Below, piece by piece: positions 1-9,836 of a stretch of 64,000 nt of DNA (position 1 is its first letter; each line of letters begins with the position of its first letter). Origin of the DNA: Ilumatobacter sp. (GTDB taxonomy: Bacteria > Actinomycetota > Acidimicrobiia > Acidimicrobiales > Ilumatobacteraceae); assembly GCA_051275435.1 (NCBI GenBank), contig JBNMOS010000001.1:8567-72566 (forward strand), written 5' to 3'. The notes under the pieces are model-generated. The model ran no database searches. It was not told where the DNA came from and saw only the letters and a list, made by a program, of their open reading frames with translations. The position numbers and the translations under genes were made by a program.

Positions 1-17
1 CAGAACAAGAGCGTAGA

Positions 18-41
18 AGTTACGAAAGGGGTCTGACCCCA
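18..41. repeat. REP-like element with GGGGTCTGACCCC palindrome
   Basis: AGTTACGAAAGGGGTCTGACCCCA matches the reverse complement of 37271-37294 at 22/24 positions; lies just downstream of crtI. Confidence 0.7.
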
Positions 42-48
42 TCGGCAA

Positions 49-1536
49 CTATTTGCGTTTGGCGTACTCGTCAACGCGTTCGGCTGCGAGCTTGCCGGAG
101 ACGAGGACCATGGGGACGCCGACACCCGGCAGCGTGGAGCTGCCAACGAAGACGAGGCCGGGGATTTGCTTAGTGACGTTGTTCGGTCGGAACGGCCCGG
201 TCTGGAAAAACGTATGTGCCAGTGCGAAGGGCGTGCCCTGCTCCATGCCCATGCGCTCCCAATCTTGCGGATCGTAGACCTCTTCGAGCACGACCTCGGT
301 CGGGTAGCCGAGGCTGGCGACTTTGGTCTGCAGCGATTCGACGATCGTGTCGCGCTCTTTTGACCAGTCGATTTTGCCGCTCAGGTTTGGCGTCGGTTCG
401 AGCACGTACAGGTTGTTGTGGCCGGGAGGGGCGAGTGTCGGATCATCGAGTGAGTGCAGGGTGACGAGGATCGAGGGGTCGGGCATGCGAACACCGTCTT
501 CGATGAGTGCTTTGAACGACCCGTTCCAGTCGTCACCGAAGTGGATGTTGTGATGTGCTGCGTCGGCGGGAAGGTCGCCCTTAACGCCAGCGATCCACAG
601 TAGACAAGACGGGCTGTACTTGCCGTTCTGCGCCTTCTTCGGGACATCGACGCCGTCAAGCAACTCGCGGTACGCGACCGGAAGATCTGGGTTACAGACA
701 ACGGCATCGGCTTCGAGCAGTTCGCCACCCTCGGCACCCGGTTCGCCGAGTTGCACACCGCGCACCGACCCGTCGGCAAACCGGACGATCTGGTTGACCG
801 GGGATTCGTAGCGAATGGTGACGCCTGCGAGTTCGACTGCATTGGCCAAGCCGACCGCCATCATGTGCATGCCGCCCTCGGGCACGAAGACGCCTTCGAC
901 GGCGTCCATGTAGGTGATGACGGCATAGATGGCCAACGCCTCGTATGGCGCGAGGCCGGCATACATCGACTGGAAGCTGAAGATCTGCTGCAGTCGTGGG
1001 TCGTCGAAGAACGAGGCCACCTTCTTGTCGAGCTTGCCGAAGCCCCCGAGCTTGAGGATCTTCAGGCCATCACGCCACGGTTTGATCAGATCGAGCGGTG
1101 AGTCGAGGTTGGTGTCGATGTACGACCGCATCTCGGCGGTGTAGAGCTTCTTCAGCCAGTCGGCGAAGTCGCCGAATGCAGCGGCCTCTTTGTCGCCCGC
1201 GAAACGTGCGATCTCTTCGGTCATTGCCTCGCGGCCGTGCTTGACCAGCAGCGTCGACCCATCGGCGTAGCAGGCGCGGTACATGGGGTCGACCGCCTTG
1301 ATCGTGACGTGGTCGGCCATGTTTGCGCCGGCAGCCTGAAATGCTTCTTCGAGCAGATCGGGCATCGTGAGCACGGTGGGCCCGTTGTCGAGCCTGAAGC
1401 CGTCTCGGATGACCATGCCAGCGCGGCCGCCGGGCATCGACTCGCGCTCGACGATGGTGACGTCGTGGCCAGCCTTGCTGAGGTGGGCTGCGGCGGACAG
1501 GCCGCCGAGGCCTGCACCGATGACGACAACGTTCAC
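49..1536 (-). CDS. crtI: Phytoene desaturase family FAD oxidoreductase
   Basis: N-terminal VIGAGLGGL FAD motif, DNGPTVLTMP, C-terminal LVFVGSSTLPGVGVPMVLVSGKLAA signature. Confidence 0.92.
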   Translation of the reverse strand: MNVVVIGAGLGGLSAAAHLSKAGHDVTIVERESMPGGRAGMVIRDGFRLDNGPTVLTMPDLLEEAFQAAGANMADHVTIKAVDPMYRACYADGSTLLVKHGREAMTEEIARFAGDKEAAAFGDFADWLKKLYTAEMRSYIDTNLDSPLDLIKPWRDGLKILKLGGFGKLDKKVASFFDDPRLQQIFSFQSMYAGLAPYEALAIYAVITYMDAVEGVFVPEGGMHMMAVGLANAVELAGVTIRYESPVNQIVRFADGSVRGVQLGEPGAEGGELLEADAVVCNPDLPVAYRELLDGVDVPKKAQNGKYSPSCLLWIAGVKGDLPADAAHHNIHFGDDWNGSFKALIEDGVRMPDPSILVTLHSLDDPTLAPPGHNNLYVLEPTPNLSGKIDWSKERDTIVESLQTKVASLGYPTEVVLEEVYDPQDWERMGMEQGTPFALAHTFFQTGPFRPNNVTKQIPGLVFVGSSTLPGVGVPMVLVSGKLAAERVDEYAKRK

Positions 1537-1579
1537 AGGGTCACTTCCATGGTGAAATCTTTCTTTGACTCGTTCATGA

Positions 1580-2638
1580 TCAAACGGTGCGCTGCGCGAC
1601 GAACTCGGCGAGCGCTACGAGTTCAGTCTTGGCGACCGCAGTGATCGGTGCTGCGTCGAGCGACGTGACAGCGGACTCAGTGAGGTCGCTGATGTGCTGT
1701 TCCAATTCGGCCAGGCCACCGGTGTCGACAATGACCTGCTGGATCGACGCGATGGTCTCGGCGCTCATGTCGGGGTCACCGACGCGCTCGAGGACCTCGC
1801 GTTGAGCGTCGGTTGCCGAGCGTGTGGCCCGGGCGAGTAGCGGCGTTGGTTTACCCTCAACGAGGTCGCCGCCGACCGGTTTGCCCGTCACCGCTTCGTC
1901 GCCGAAAGCACCCATGACGTCGTCGCGCATCTGGAACGCGTCGCCGAGTGGGAGGCCGTACGCAGAGAGGTGGGGAAGGAGTTCGTCGGCGCGCTCAGGG
2001 GCGGCGAGGACGGCGCCGAGATGCAGCGGCCGTTCGATCGTGTACTTGCCCGACTTGTACCGGCAGATTCGTTCCGATGCGGCCAGATCCCGAGTTCGGC
2101 TCACACCGCCCAAAATGTCGAGGTATTGCCCGATGTTCAGCTCGACCCGCAGCTCGTTCCAGATGCCCAAGGCATCAGGTGAGGCTGCTGCGAGGAGTTG
2201 ATCGGCGTAGACGAAGGCAAGGTCGCCAACGAGGATCGCAACGCCTTCACCGAATCGACGAGATTCGCCAGCCCACCCCTGCTCGGCGTGCTCGTCGGAT
2301 GCAGCCATGTGAGCAGTCCGCTGCCCACGACGAGAATCGGCATCGTCCATGACGTCGTCGTGGAACAGCGCACACGCGTGCATGAGTTCGAATGCGGCGC
2401 CGGCGTCGATGTCGATCTGCTCGTCTGTACCGCCCCCCGCACCGACGAATCCCCAATGGCAGAACGCAGGTCGGAGCCGCTTGCCGCCCGAGAGCACTAA
2501 GCGGCGGATCTCATCGATCGGCTGAGCGAGGGCGGGCTCGAGTGCGACCCAGCGGACGCGCTCGGCTGCAAGGAACTCGTCGAGTCGGCTGGTGACGCGG
2601 GCAGCAATTTCGAGCAGTGAGGCAGGAGCACTCGACAT
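1580..2638 (-). CDS. crtE: Polyprenyl (GGPP) synthase, CrtE/IdsA-like
   Basis: GGKRLRP, first Asp-rich HDDVMD..RRG, KSGKY, second Asp-rich FQMRDD; upstream of crtI. Confidence 0.85.
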   Translation of the reverse strand: MSSAPASLLEIAARVTSRLDEFLAAERVRWVALEPALAQPIDEIRRLVLSGGKRLRPAFCHWGFVGAGGGTDEQIDIDAGAAFELMHACALFHDDVMDDADSRRGQRTAHMAASDEHAEQGWAGESRRFGEGVAILVGDLAFVYADQLLAAASPDALGIWNELRVELNIGQYLDILGGVSRTRDLAASERICRYKSGKYTIERPLHLGAVLAAPERADELLPHLSAYGLPLGDAFQMRDDVMGAFGDEAVTGKPVGGDLVEGKPTPLLARATRSATDAQREVLERVGDPDMSAETIASIQQVIVDTGGLAELEQHISDLTESAVTSLDAAPITAVAKTELVALAEFVAQRTV

Positions 2639-2720
2639 GAAGCCAAGGCTAGTGGCGACAAGGAATGACCTGCCGAGTAGCGGTCACACTGTTGCTGGCA
2701 CAGCGCTACCGGATGACGGA

Positions 2721-2927
2721 TCAGCCGTCGAGGTCGGCGGTGACCTGTTCGATCTTGACTTGTGCGTTGGAGATCTTCTCTCGGCACAACGTAATCAGTT
2801 CGCTTGCCCGGGCGACTCGGTCGGCAAGGTGGTCGACGTCGACGTCGGAGCCTTCGAGTTCGCGCAGGATCTTGTCGAGTTCGTCGAGTGCTGCGGCGTA
2901 GCCGGGTTGTTCGGTGGCGTCAGGCAT
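2721..2927 (-). CDS. xseB: Exodeoxyribonuclease VII small subunit
   Basis: 68 aa, YAAALDELDKILRELE..DVD pattern; overlaps the xseA stop. Confidence 0.9.
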   Translation of the reverse strand: MPDATEQPGYAAALDELDKILRELEGSDVDVDHLADRVARASELITLCREKISNAQVKIEQVTADLDG

Positions 2928-4278
2928 CGGTGTCGTCTTTCAGTTGCGTGGCGGTGACGGTACTGGTGACGGTGCCGTCGGCGAGTGTGGTGGTGAGGAC
3001 GTCGTCGACGTCGAGATCTGTGGTTGAGCGAACGAGGTCGCCCGCTGCGTTGTGGGTGATTGTCCACCCGCGACCGAGCTGCACAGCTGGATCGAGTGCA
3101 CCAACGCGAGCGGCGAGCACGTCGAGCCGTTGTGTTGAACGTGTGAGTAAATCATTGGGCCGTTCGAGGATGCGGGCAGCTGCGCGGTCGAGGCGTTCGG
3201 TCGATCTACTGAGTGCCGCCGGGCCGCTGCGAGCAAGACGATCGACGCGCATCTTCAACCGTTCGTCGGATCGTTCCACAGCGGCATGTGTGCGCCGCGC
3301 GATGCGGTGTGCAGCTTCAGACAGGTCGTTCGTGGCATCGCTCAGCGCTACTTGGCTGCGCTGGACTATCGCAGCAAACGCCTGCTCGGTCTCGCCGATG
3401 TAGCGCTGGGTGCGCTCGATGAGCGCGCCTGCGCAGGCGGTTGGCGTCTTGAGGGCAGTGTGAGCGACCTCGTCGGCGACGCTCCGGTCGATTTCGTGGC
3501 CCAGTCCGGTCAGCACCGGGATCGGACAGCCAGCGATCGTTCGAGCAATCTTTTCGGAGTCGAACACCGCAAGTTCGTTGCGCGCTCCGCCGCCGCGGAT
3601 GACGACGATCGCATCGAGGTCGCGACGCAGCGCGAACCGCGCGATGGCCGCGGTGACCATGTTCTCGGCCATGTCGCCCTGGACTCGGACGTCGGCGACG
3701 CTGAGCTGGAAGCCGATCCCGCTGCGTTCGAGTTCATCGCGGAAGTCATGCCATGCAGCGGTGCCGACGCTGGTGACGACACCGACACGCAACGGCACAG
3801 GCGACACCCGAACTCGGCGGTTGGTGTCGAGCAAGCCCTCGGCTGTGAGCCGGCGCAGTACTTCATCGCGTGACTGGGCAATGTCTCCAATGGTGAACTT
3901 CGGATCGAGGTTCGCCATCTTGAACCCGAGGCGACCACCCTGGGCCCAAAAATCGAGGTCGCCGTTGATGCGAACGTTCATTCCGTTGCGGAGTTCGAGG
4001 CGGAACTTTCGCAGCAGCGGGGCCAGCCGTTGCTTGGTTGGTGCAAACAGTTGGACGTTCAGGACGGCCTTGCCGTTGTCGCCCTCCTCAATCAGCGAAA
4101 AGTACGTGTGTGCTCCGCGATTCGACAGGTCGCTGATTTCACCGCGGACCCAAATGCCGCCTCGGAAACCGCGCCGCAGTTGATCATTAATGGCGTCGGC
4201 CAGCTCGCCGACGGTGAACGTAGGGTCGGCGAACTCGTCAGGAACGATGTCGTCGAAGTCGAAGGCGGGCTGGCTCAC
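2920..4278 (-). CDS. xseA: Exodeoxyribonuclease VII large subunit
   Basis: WVRGEIS OB fold, VGVVTS, IRGGG, GLGHEIDRSVADEVA, TPTA motifs. Confidence 0.95.
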   Translation of the reverse strand: MSQPAFDFDDIVPDEFADPTFTVGELADAINDQLRRGFRGGIWVRGEISDLSNRGAHTYFSLIEEGDNGKAVLNVQLFAPTKQRLAPLLRKFRLELRNGMNVRINGDLDFWAQGGRLGFKMANLDPKFTIGDIAQSRDEVLRRLTAEGLLDTNRRVRVSPVPLRVGVVTSVGTAAWHDFRDELERSGIGFQLSVADVRVQGDMAENMVTAAIARFALRRDLDAIVVIRGGGARNELAVFDSEKIARTIAGCPIPVLTGLGHEIDRSVADEVAHTALKTPTACAGALIERTQRYIGETEQAFAAIVQRSQVALSDATNDLSEAAHRIARRTHAAVERSDERLKMRVDRLARSGPAALSRSTERLDRAAARILERPNDLLTRSTQRLDVLAARVGALDPAVQLGRGWTITHNAAGDLVRSTTDLDVDDVLTTTLADGTVTSTVTATQLKDDTDA

Positions 4279-4320
4279 TGCGCTCGATTCAATCAGGCGC
4301 GAGCGCGGGCTCGGCCCTGA

Positions 4321-5628
4321 TCAGGTCCCGAGTTGGCGAACATTGCCGCCGGCGGGCGTCTCGTTTTCGTCTTCGTCCTTTGCCAGGGCGAACAACTCGC
4401 CGTCGACTGGCAGGCCTCGCTGCTGGCGAATTCCGTCGAGTTCACGCAGCGGTCGTTCGAGGGCGCGGCGCCGGGTGCCGGCGAGCATCTCGAACTCTTT
4501 GTCGACAGCCTCGAAGCGCTTTTTCACCTTGTCGACCTGTTCGGAGTACTTCGTCCACTGCGTACCGAACTTGCCGATCAGCTGCAGGATTTGATCGCTG
4601 GTCTTCTCGATCATGAAGTTGTCGAAGGCCTGGCGGATGACACCGAGGAATGCGAATAGCGTGAGCGGGGAACACATGACGATTTGCTGCTTCATCGCAT
4701 CGTCGAGCAGGCCCGGATCGTGCTCGTGAATGAAGCTGGTGAGCTGCTCGTTCGGGATGAAGAGGAGCACGGAGTCGACAGCCTGCTGATTGCCGGTGTT
4801 GCCGTAATCGCGCTTGGCGAGTTCCTTCACGCGCATCCGGACATCGCGGAGGAAGTTCTTGATGTGCGTTTCTCGTTCGGCGTCAGTGCCAGCTTCGAGA
4901 TAGCGCAGGTACGACGCCATCGGAAACTTAACGTCCATGTACAGCGCGTGATCCTTGGGCATCGGGAACGTGTAGTCGGGCCGGCCGGTGGCGCCATCGA
5001 TCTGGGTCTGCTTGAAGTAATTCGTGTTCTCGACGAAGCCAGCCATACGCAAGACGTCTTCAGCCATCCGCTCGCCCCACTGGCCACGAGCCTGCGGGTT
5101 GGCAATTGCGGTGCGTAGTGCCTGGGCCGATTCGGCGACCGCCGCAGCGACATCGGCGTGTGCCTTCAACGACGTTTCGACTTGTCCGAACTTCTCGGCG
5201 TTGGTTTTGCCGAGCGCATTGACCATGTCGCTCAACTTCGCCAGCTCATTGCGCATTTCGCCGTGGACCTGGTCGAGCCGTGTGTCGATGACGTCTTTCT
5301 TGGCAGCCAGATCGGCGCTGGCGTGCTGCTGAACCTGAGATGCCGTGGCGCCCAATTGTTCTCGCTGCAAGATGGCGGTCTGCGCGAGGGCGGCCGACAC
5401 GGCAGCGTCACGTTCTTCGATGGCCTGCTGGCGCACGGCGGCAACAGCGCCCTGAACGGCGCTGTCGACCGATGCCTGCAGGGCTTCGACAGTCATGGCC
5501 TGTGAACCGAGCTGGGTGGCGAGGTCGGTAGACGCGCGCTGCTCGGCCTGCCGGAGTGCGAAGAAATAGGCCGCTGCGGCTGCGAAGCCGGCGAGCACGA
5601 GGCCCATCACGATGACGACGATCAACAT
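4321..5628 (-). CDS. rmuC: DNA recombination protein RmuC
   Basis: N-terminal TM, coiled coil, RGQWGE, RPD, DVKFP, LFIPNE; start placed at ATG 5628, 7 nt after TACGGT. Confidence 0.9.
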   Translation of the reverse strand: MLIVVIVMGLVLAGFAAAAAYFFALRQAEQRASTDLATQLGSQAMTVEALQASVDSAVQGAVAAVRQQAIEERDAAVSAALAQTAILQREQLGATASQVQQHASADLAAKKDVIDTRLDQVHGEMRNELAKLSDMVNALGKTNAEKFGQVETSLKAHADVAAAVAESAQALRTAIANPQARGQWGERMAEDVLRMAGFVENTNYFKQTQIDGATGRPDYTFPMPKDHALYMDVKFPMASYLRYLEAGTDAERETHIKNFLRDVRMRVKELAKRDYGNTGNQQAVDSVLLFIPNEQLTSFIHEHDPGLLDDAMKQQIVMCSPLTLFAFLGVIRQAFDNFMIEKTSDQILQLIGKFGTQWTKYSEQVDKVKKRFEAVDKEFEMLAGTRRRALERPLRELDGIRQQRGLPVDGELFALAKDEDENETPAGGNVRQLGT

Positions 5629-5885
5629 GGTTCCCACCGTACGGATGGAGTGTCACAGAGTTGTGGATACCCCATCGCCCCAGGTCAGAGCCTTCGGCCG
5701 GCAGCCTAGGCGCGTCGAGTCACCGCCGATCTGCTGGCAATCGACGCGCAACCGAGCGCTGGATCGATCATGGTGACGTCGCTATCGTGCCGAAATGGCG
5801 ACGTGACGCATCTCCCGGTCGTTGTGACCAGCGTTCACCTGGCGTCGGTGGTCCGGTTGCGGGGCGGTCGTTACGGTCCAGATCT

Positions 5886-6698
5886 ATGGCTGTCACCTCC
5901 GGCATCACCGAACCGAACGTCGATGCGCTTGCCATCGTGGAACACGCCAACCGCGTCGTTCCCCTCGAGTCGGTCTTCAACTTCCGCGACCTCGGTGGCT
6001 ACGTCCTCGGCAACGGCCTGACCACCGAGTGGGGACGACTTTTTCGAGCTGACGGTCTGTACCGGCTGAACGATCGTGACATCCATGTTGTCGACGCGCT
6101 CGGCATTCGTACCGTCATCGACCTCCGTACCTCGAAGGAGATCGCCGAGCGCGGCACCTTCCCCGTGGCTAAGTATCCGGTGGCGTTCCATCATCTGTCG
6201 ATCCTCGATGCCACCTGGGTCGAGACCGGTGTTCCCGACTTTCCCGCCACCGAGCAGGGTGGCATCGACTTCTTGATTTGGGCCTACCGAGACATGTTGG
6301 ACAACGGTGCCGATCGGTTCGCTCAGGCCATCGCCACGCTCGCGGTCCCCGGCAGCGGCCCGGCCGTGTTTCACTGTGCTGCAGGCAAAGACCGCACCGG
6401 CATCCTCGCGGCGCTCATTCTTGGTGGGCTCGGCGTCGACCACGAAGTGATCGTCGAAGACTTCGGGCTCACGCGTGGCGGCATGACCCGCATGCGAACG
6501 TGGCTTGCCGAGCACGTCCCGGAGGCTGCTGCTGACATGGATACGCGTCCGCAGATGATGTTTGGAGCGCACCCTGACGCCATGCGTCAGATCTTGCGTG
6601 ACCTCGTTGCCGACCACGGCACGGTGCGCAACTATCTCGCCTCGATTGGTATTGGCGACGCAGTGCTCGCCGACCTCGAAGCGCGTCTCACAGCTTGA
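5886..6698 (+). CDS. Protein tyrosine/lipid phosphatase (MptpB-like)
   Basis: NFRDLGG, IDLR, catalytic HCAAGKDRTG; start moved to ATG 5886. Confidence 0.88.
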   Translation: MAVTSGITEPNVDALAIVEHANRVVPLESVFNFRDLGGYVLGNGLTTEWGRLFRADGLYRLNDRDIHVVDALGIRTVIDLRTSKEIAERGTFPVAKYPVAFHHLSILDATWVETGVPDFPATEQGGIDFLIWAYRDMLDNGADRFAQAIATLAVPGSGPAVFHCAAGKDRTGILAALILGGLGVDHEVIVEDFGLTRGGMTRMRTWLAEHVPEAAADMDTRPQMMFGAHPDAMRQILRDLVADHGTVRNYLASIGIGDAVLADLEARLTA

Positions 6699-6766
6699 CC
6701 GCTCTCCAACCCTGATTATCGAAGTCCGTTCGCCGGACCTGGTGGATCAGCTGTTGAGAACGCAGG

Positions 6767-7612
6767 TCAGCTGGTGGAGATGACGACGGACTGGATTTCG
6801 ATCGGCTCGGACGGGCTGCCCGAATCTGTGCCCGCTGCTTCCATCTGGAGGACTGTCTCGTCGAATCCAGTGGCGACTTCGCCGAACAGCGTGTACTGCG
6901 GCGGCAGAGCTGCACCCTGGTCGCCGGTGATGATGAAGAACTGGCTGCCGTTGGTGTCGGGACCGCTGTTCGCCATGGCGATCGAACCGATCTGGTACTC
7001 GCCGGCTTCGGGCAGTTCGTCAGCGAACTTGTAGCCCGGATCGCCGCCGCCGGTGGCCGTCGGATCGCCGCACTGGACGACGAAGCCTGGGATGATCCGG
7101 TGGCACGTCGTGGCATCGAAGTACTGGTTTCGAGCGAGAAACACGAAGTTGTTGACGGTGACCGGCGCCTCGGCAGCGTTGAAGTCGATGGTGATCTCGC
7201 CCTTGTTTGTCGTCACGAGAGCGCTGTACGCCAGGGTCGGATCGAGGCACATTGGCGGCTGGGCATCGAACGACTGCTGCTGCTCGGCGGAGCCATCGGG
7301 TGACGGGCATCCGTCAGGAACAAATTCGCCGGTCGCGGCGAACACTTCGCCGCCAGCCTCGCTGCCGGCATCGGTCGAATCGCCGGTGACGGTACTGTCG
7401 GCTGAGGGCAGGGTCTCCAGCGTGTCGGTCGTGGCAGCGTCGTCATCGCCGATGAACATGTTGGCGATCAGCACAATGCCGAAGACGGCGACGATGGCTC
7501 CGACGACAATGATTGCCGTGCGCGTGGTTTTCTCGCGCGTCTTGGCCTTGGCGACCTCGTCGTCCTTCATGGCCTTATTGGTCCGCTGGCGTTCTCGTTT
7601 TTCAGTTCCCAC
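6767..7612 (-). CDS. Membrane-anchored cyclophilin-type peptidyl-prolyl isomerase
   Basis: CHRIIPGFVVQCGDPTATGGGDPGY, MANSGPDTNGSQFFI; basic N-terminus plus TM; start GTG 7612 is inferred. Confidence 0.9.
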   Translation of the reverse strand: MGTEKRERQRTNKAMKDDEVAKAKTREKTTRTAIIVVGAIVAVFGIVLIANMFIGDDDAATTDTLETLPSADSTVTGDSTDAGSEAGGEVFAATGEFVPDGCPSPDGSAEQQQSFDAQPPMCLDPTLAYSALVTTNKGEITIDFNAAEAPVTVNNFVFLARNQYFDATTCHRIIPGFVVQCGDPTATGGGDPGYKFADELPEAGEYQIGSIAMANSGPDTNGSQFFIITGDQGAALPPQYTLFGEVATGFDETVLQMEAAGTDSGSPSEPIEIQSVVISTS

Positions 7613-7647
7613 AGTGGCCTGACGATACCCCGAGCAGACGCTGCCAG

Positions 7648-7687
7648 CGGGCAACTTCTCGGGCAACTTCTCGGGCAACTTCTCGGG
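7648..7687. repeat. 12-bp tandem repeat (CGGGCAACTTCT) x3.3
   Basis: Directly visible in the divergent intergenic region. Confidence 0.9.
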
Positions 7688-7776
7688 TGGTTAACGCGTG
7701 CTCAAGATGCGCCGTCGGTGTGCCGAAGAACGACTGACGCTGGCATCGACGCCCGATTGCTGCTGACCAGGCTCCC

Positions 7777-8868
7777 ATGACCATCGACACGAACACGCAG
7801 AATCCAGAAGCCAGCGCTCCACAGGGGGCGCCAGTTGTGTTGCCGCGCCGCCCTGCGCCAGCGTCGACGAGTGTCGTCGGAACGATCGTCTCCGCGGCCG
7901 GGCTCATGAGCTGGTTCGCCTGGCTGTCGTGGCGCGCTGGTTCGTTGAATGGCAGCATCGCCAATATCGCGATCCTCGGTCTTGAACTGGTTGCTTTCGC
8001 AGCATCGCTGGTTGTCTGTGCTGGGCTCGCAGTTTCCCGACCGCCGCGGCGTCGAGATCGGCGAGTCACCGACCGCGACCGCCAACTCCCGGTGCTGCTC
8101 GCCGAAGCGCTCGACCTCGGCGAAGTCATTGACGAGCAACCGGAGGTTCGCCGCATCGGCAACGACGACACTGGCGAGATCGCATGGGCCCGTCGCGGGA
8201 TCCGCGTGCTCCGTGAGCAACGACGACTTGGTGCCCGAACGAGACTCGCCAGCAACAACCTGCGCGAAGCCGCATGGTCCGTCGTCGCGCTCGATGGATT
8301 GCGCCGGTTGTGCAGTGTCATCGTGCTCCTTGTCGTGCTCTTCACGGGTACGACGCCATTCGACGTGCCTTCGATCGAAAGGGTCGCCTTTTTGGTCGGT
8401 GGCATTGGTCTCGTGTCCATCGGCAACTGGTTCAGCTCTGGTGGCCACCTCCGACCGGGGGCTCGACTGGTGTGGTCGATGGCATCGATTGGGGCTGGCC
8501 TTGGCGACGGCATCTCCCGCTCGGGGCTGCCAATTCGATGGGTGATGACGATGGCCACGCTCGTTGCCCTCAACATTGCCGTCGCATTGCGCGGCATGAG
8601 TGATCGATGGACGCATGGTTTGCAGCCGATGGAACGCGACACCAGGATCGCCGCCATGTCGATCGCCGCCGGCCTCGTACTGGTCGGCGGACTCGCGCTG
8701 CGTCGGATGCCGCGTCCCGAACTCGGCTTCTACGGTGCCACCGGGCGCCTCGAAGAAGACTCGGTTCGACGCCTTGCTCTCGGGCTCACGCTTGCCGTTG
8801 CCGCCATCGGATTCGTCGCCGGCGTTCTTCCGGTCGACGCACTCAACGCCGCTGTCGTTGCACCTTGA
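7777..8868 (+). CDS. Polytopic membrane protein resembling the TM scaffold of cellulose synthase-like GT2 enzymes, catalytic domain absent
   Basis: About 8 TM segments; WLSWR..LGLE N-terminal pair; WARRG resembles QxxRWARG; no DxD domain. Confidence 0.55.
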   Translation: MTIDTNTQNPEASAPQGAPVVLPRRPAPASTSVVGTIVSAAGLMSWFAWLSWRAGSLNGSIANIAILGLELVAFAASLVVCAGLAVSRPPRRRDRRVTDRDRQLPVLLAEALDLGEVIDEQPEVRRIGNDDTGEIAWARRGIRVLREQRRLGARTRLASNNLREAAWSVVALDGLRRLCSVIVLLVVLFTGTTPFDVPSIERVAFLVGGIGLVSIGNWFSSGGHLRPGARLVWSMASIGAGLGDGISRSGLPIRWVMTMATLVALNIAVALRGMSDRWTHGLQPMERDTRIAAMSIAAGLVLVGGLALRRMPRPELGFYGATGRLEEDSVRRLALGLTLAVAAIGFVAGVLPVDALNAAVVAP

Positions 8869-9016
8869 GAAAGTTTTTCGAGAAATTCCTCAAGTCGATC
8901 AAGCAACATGCCGATGGACCGGACGTCACGGTCGCTGCATCGTTCATCGATCTGCCGTTTCACTACAGCGGTGGGGTCCCCCGAGGACTCGGCACGTGCC
9001 CGGTAGATTGAACGCA

Positions 9017-9259
9017 ATGGCCAAAATACGTCTGTTTGCTTCGGCCCGCGAGGCCGCGGGGACGGGAACCGACGCGTTCGAAGGTGCCACGGTGGCTGAC
9101 GTCCTGTCCGCAGCCGAGCAACGCTATGGCCCGGGATTCAGCGATGTGCTCAGCACGTGCCGAGTCTGGGTGAACGGTGACGATGTCGGTCTCGACACCG
9201 CACTCGGACCGAATGACGAAGTGGCGGTTCTTCCGCCCGTATCTGGAGGATGCACGTGA
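9017..9259 (+). CDS. MoaD/ThiS-family sulfur carrier protein
   Basis: IRLFASAREAAG, VWVNG, DEVAVLPPVSGG followed by CT-stop. Confidence 0.88.
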   Translation: MAKIRLFASAREAAGTGTDAFEGATVADVLSAAEQRYGPGFSDVLSTCRVWVNGDDVGLDTALGPNDEVAVLPPVSGGCT

Positions 9260-9759
9260 GCGACACCACAACCCAGGCCAGCCCTGACCCCGCAGCGCTC
9301 TCGCTGACCGATCTACGTGTGCTGCGCCAGCAACTGCAGCATGAAGACGACGTCGTCTCGTACGCACGCCGCGTGGCCCAGGCCCGACTCGATCTCGTGA
9401 AAACCGAGCTGTCGCGGCGTGACGCCGGCCCCGGCGCCGACCTCAATGCGCAGATCGGCGTCGTGCTCTCGCAGCACCTGACCGGAGGCCCGGCTCGGCC
9501 TCCCCGTCCGACCGAGGATCTCAGCGATAACCCCCTTGCCGACGAACTCGATGCCGTGTGCGCCGAATTCCATTTTGGACGCCTCGAAAAACTCGACAAC
9601 ACAGAACTCGATTCCCTCGCTGACGCCATTGGCAAATTCGAGGCCAAGGTGTCATCTAATCGCCGTGAACGCTTCGACCGCCTCGACGCGTTGAGCGCCG
9701 AACTCGTGCGCCGTTACCGCGACGGTGAAGCCAACGTCGACAGCCTCCTCGAGGGTTGA
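9256..9759 (+). CDS. rsiG: RsiG/AmfC-family c-di-GMP-binding anti-sigma factor homologue
   Basis: Two helical repeats DDVVSYARRVAQARLD and EAKVSSNRRERFDRLD; C-terminal ELVRRYRDGEANVDSLL; GTGA overlap with moaD. Confidence 0.78.
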   Translation: MSDTTTQASPDPAALSLTDLRVLRQQLQHEDDVVSYARRVAQARLDLVKTELSRRDAGPGADLNAQIGVVLSQHLTGGPARPPRPTEDLSDNPLADELDAVCAEFHFGRLEKLDNTELDSLADAIGKFEAKVSSNRRERFDRLDALSAELVRRYRDGEANVDSLLEG

Positions 9760-9836
9760 CCCCGACCATCTTTGGTCGGCGCGGACTCTGAACACGACAT
9801 CTCGGTAAGCCCCCTGCGTCGGTAGGGTCGGTTTTC

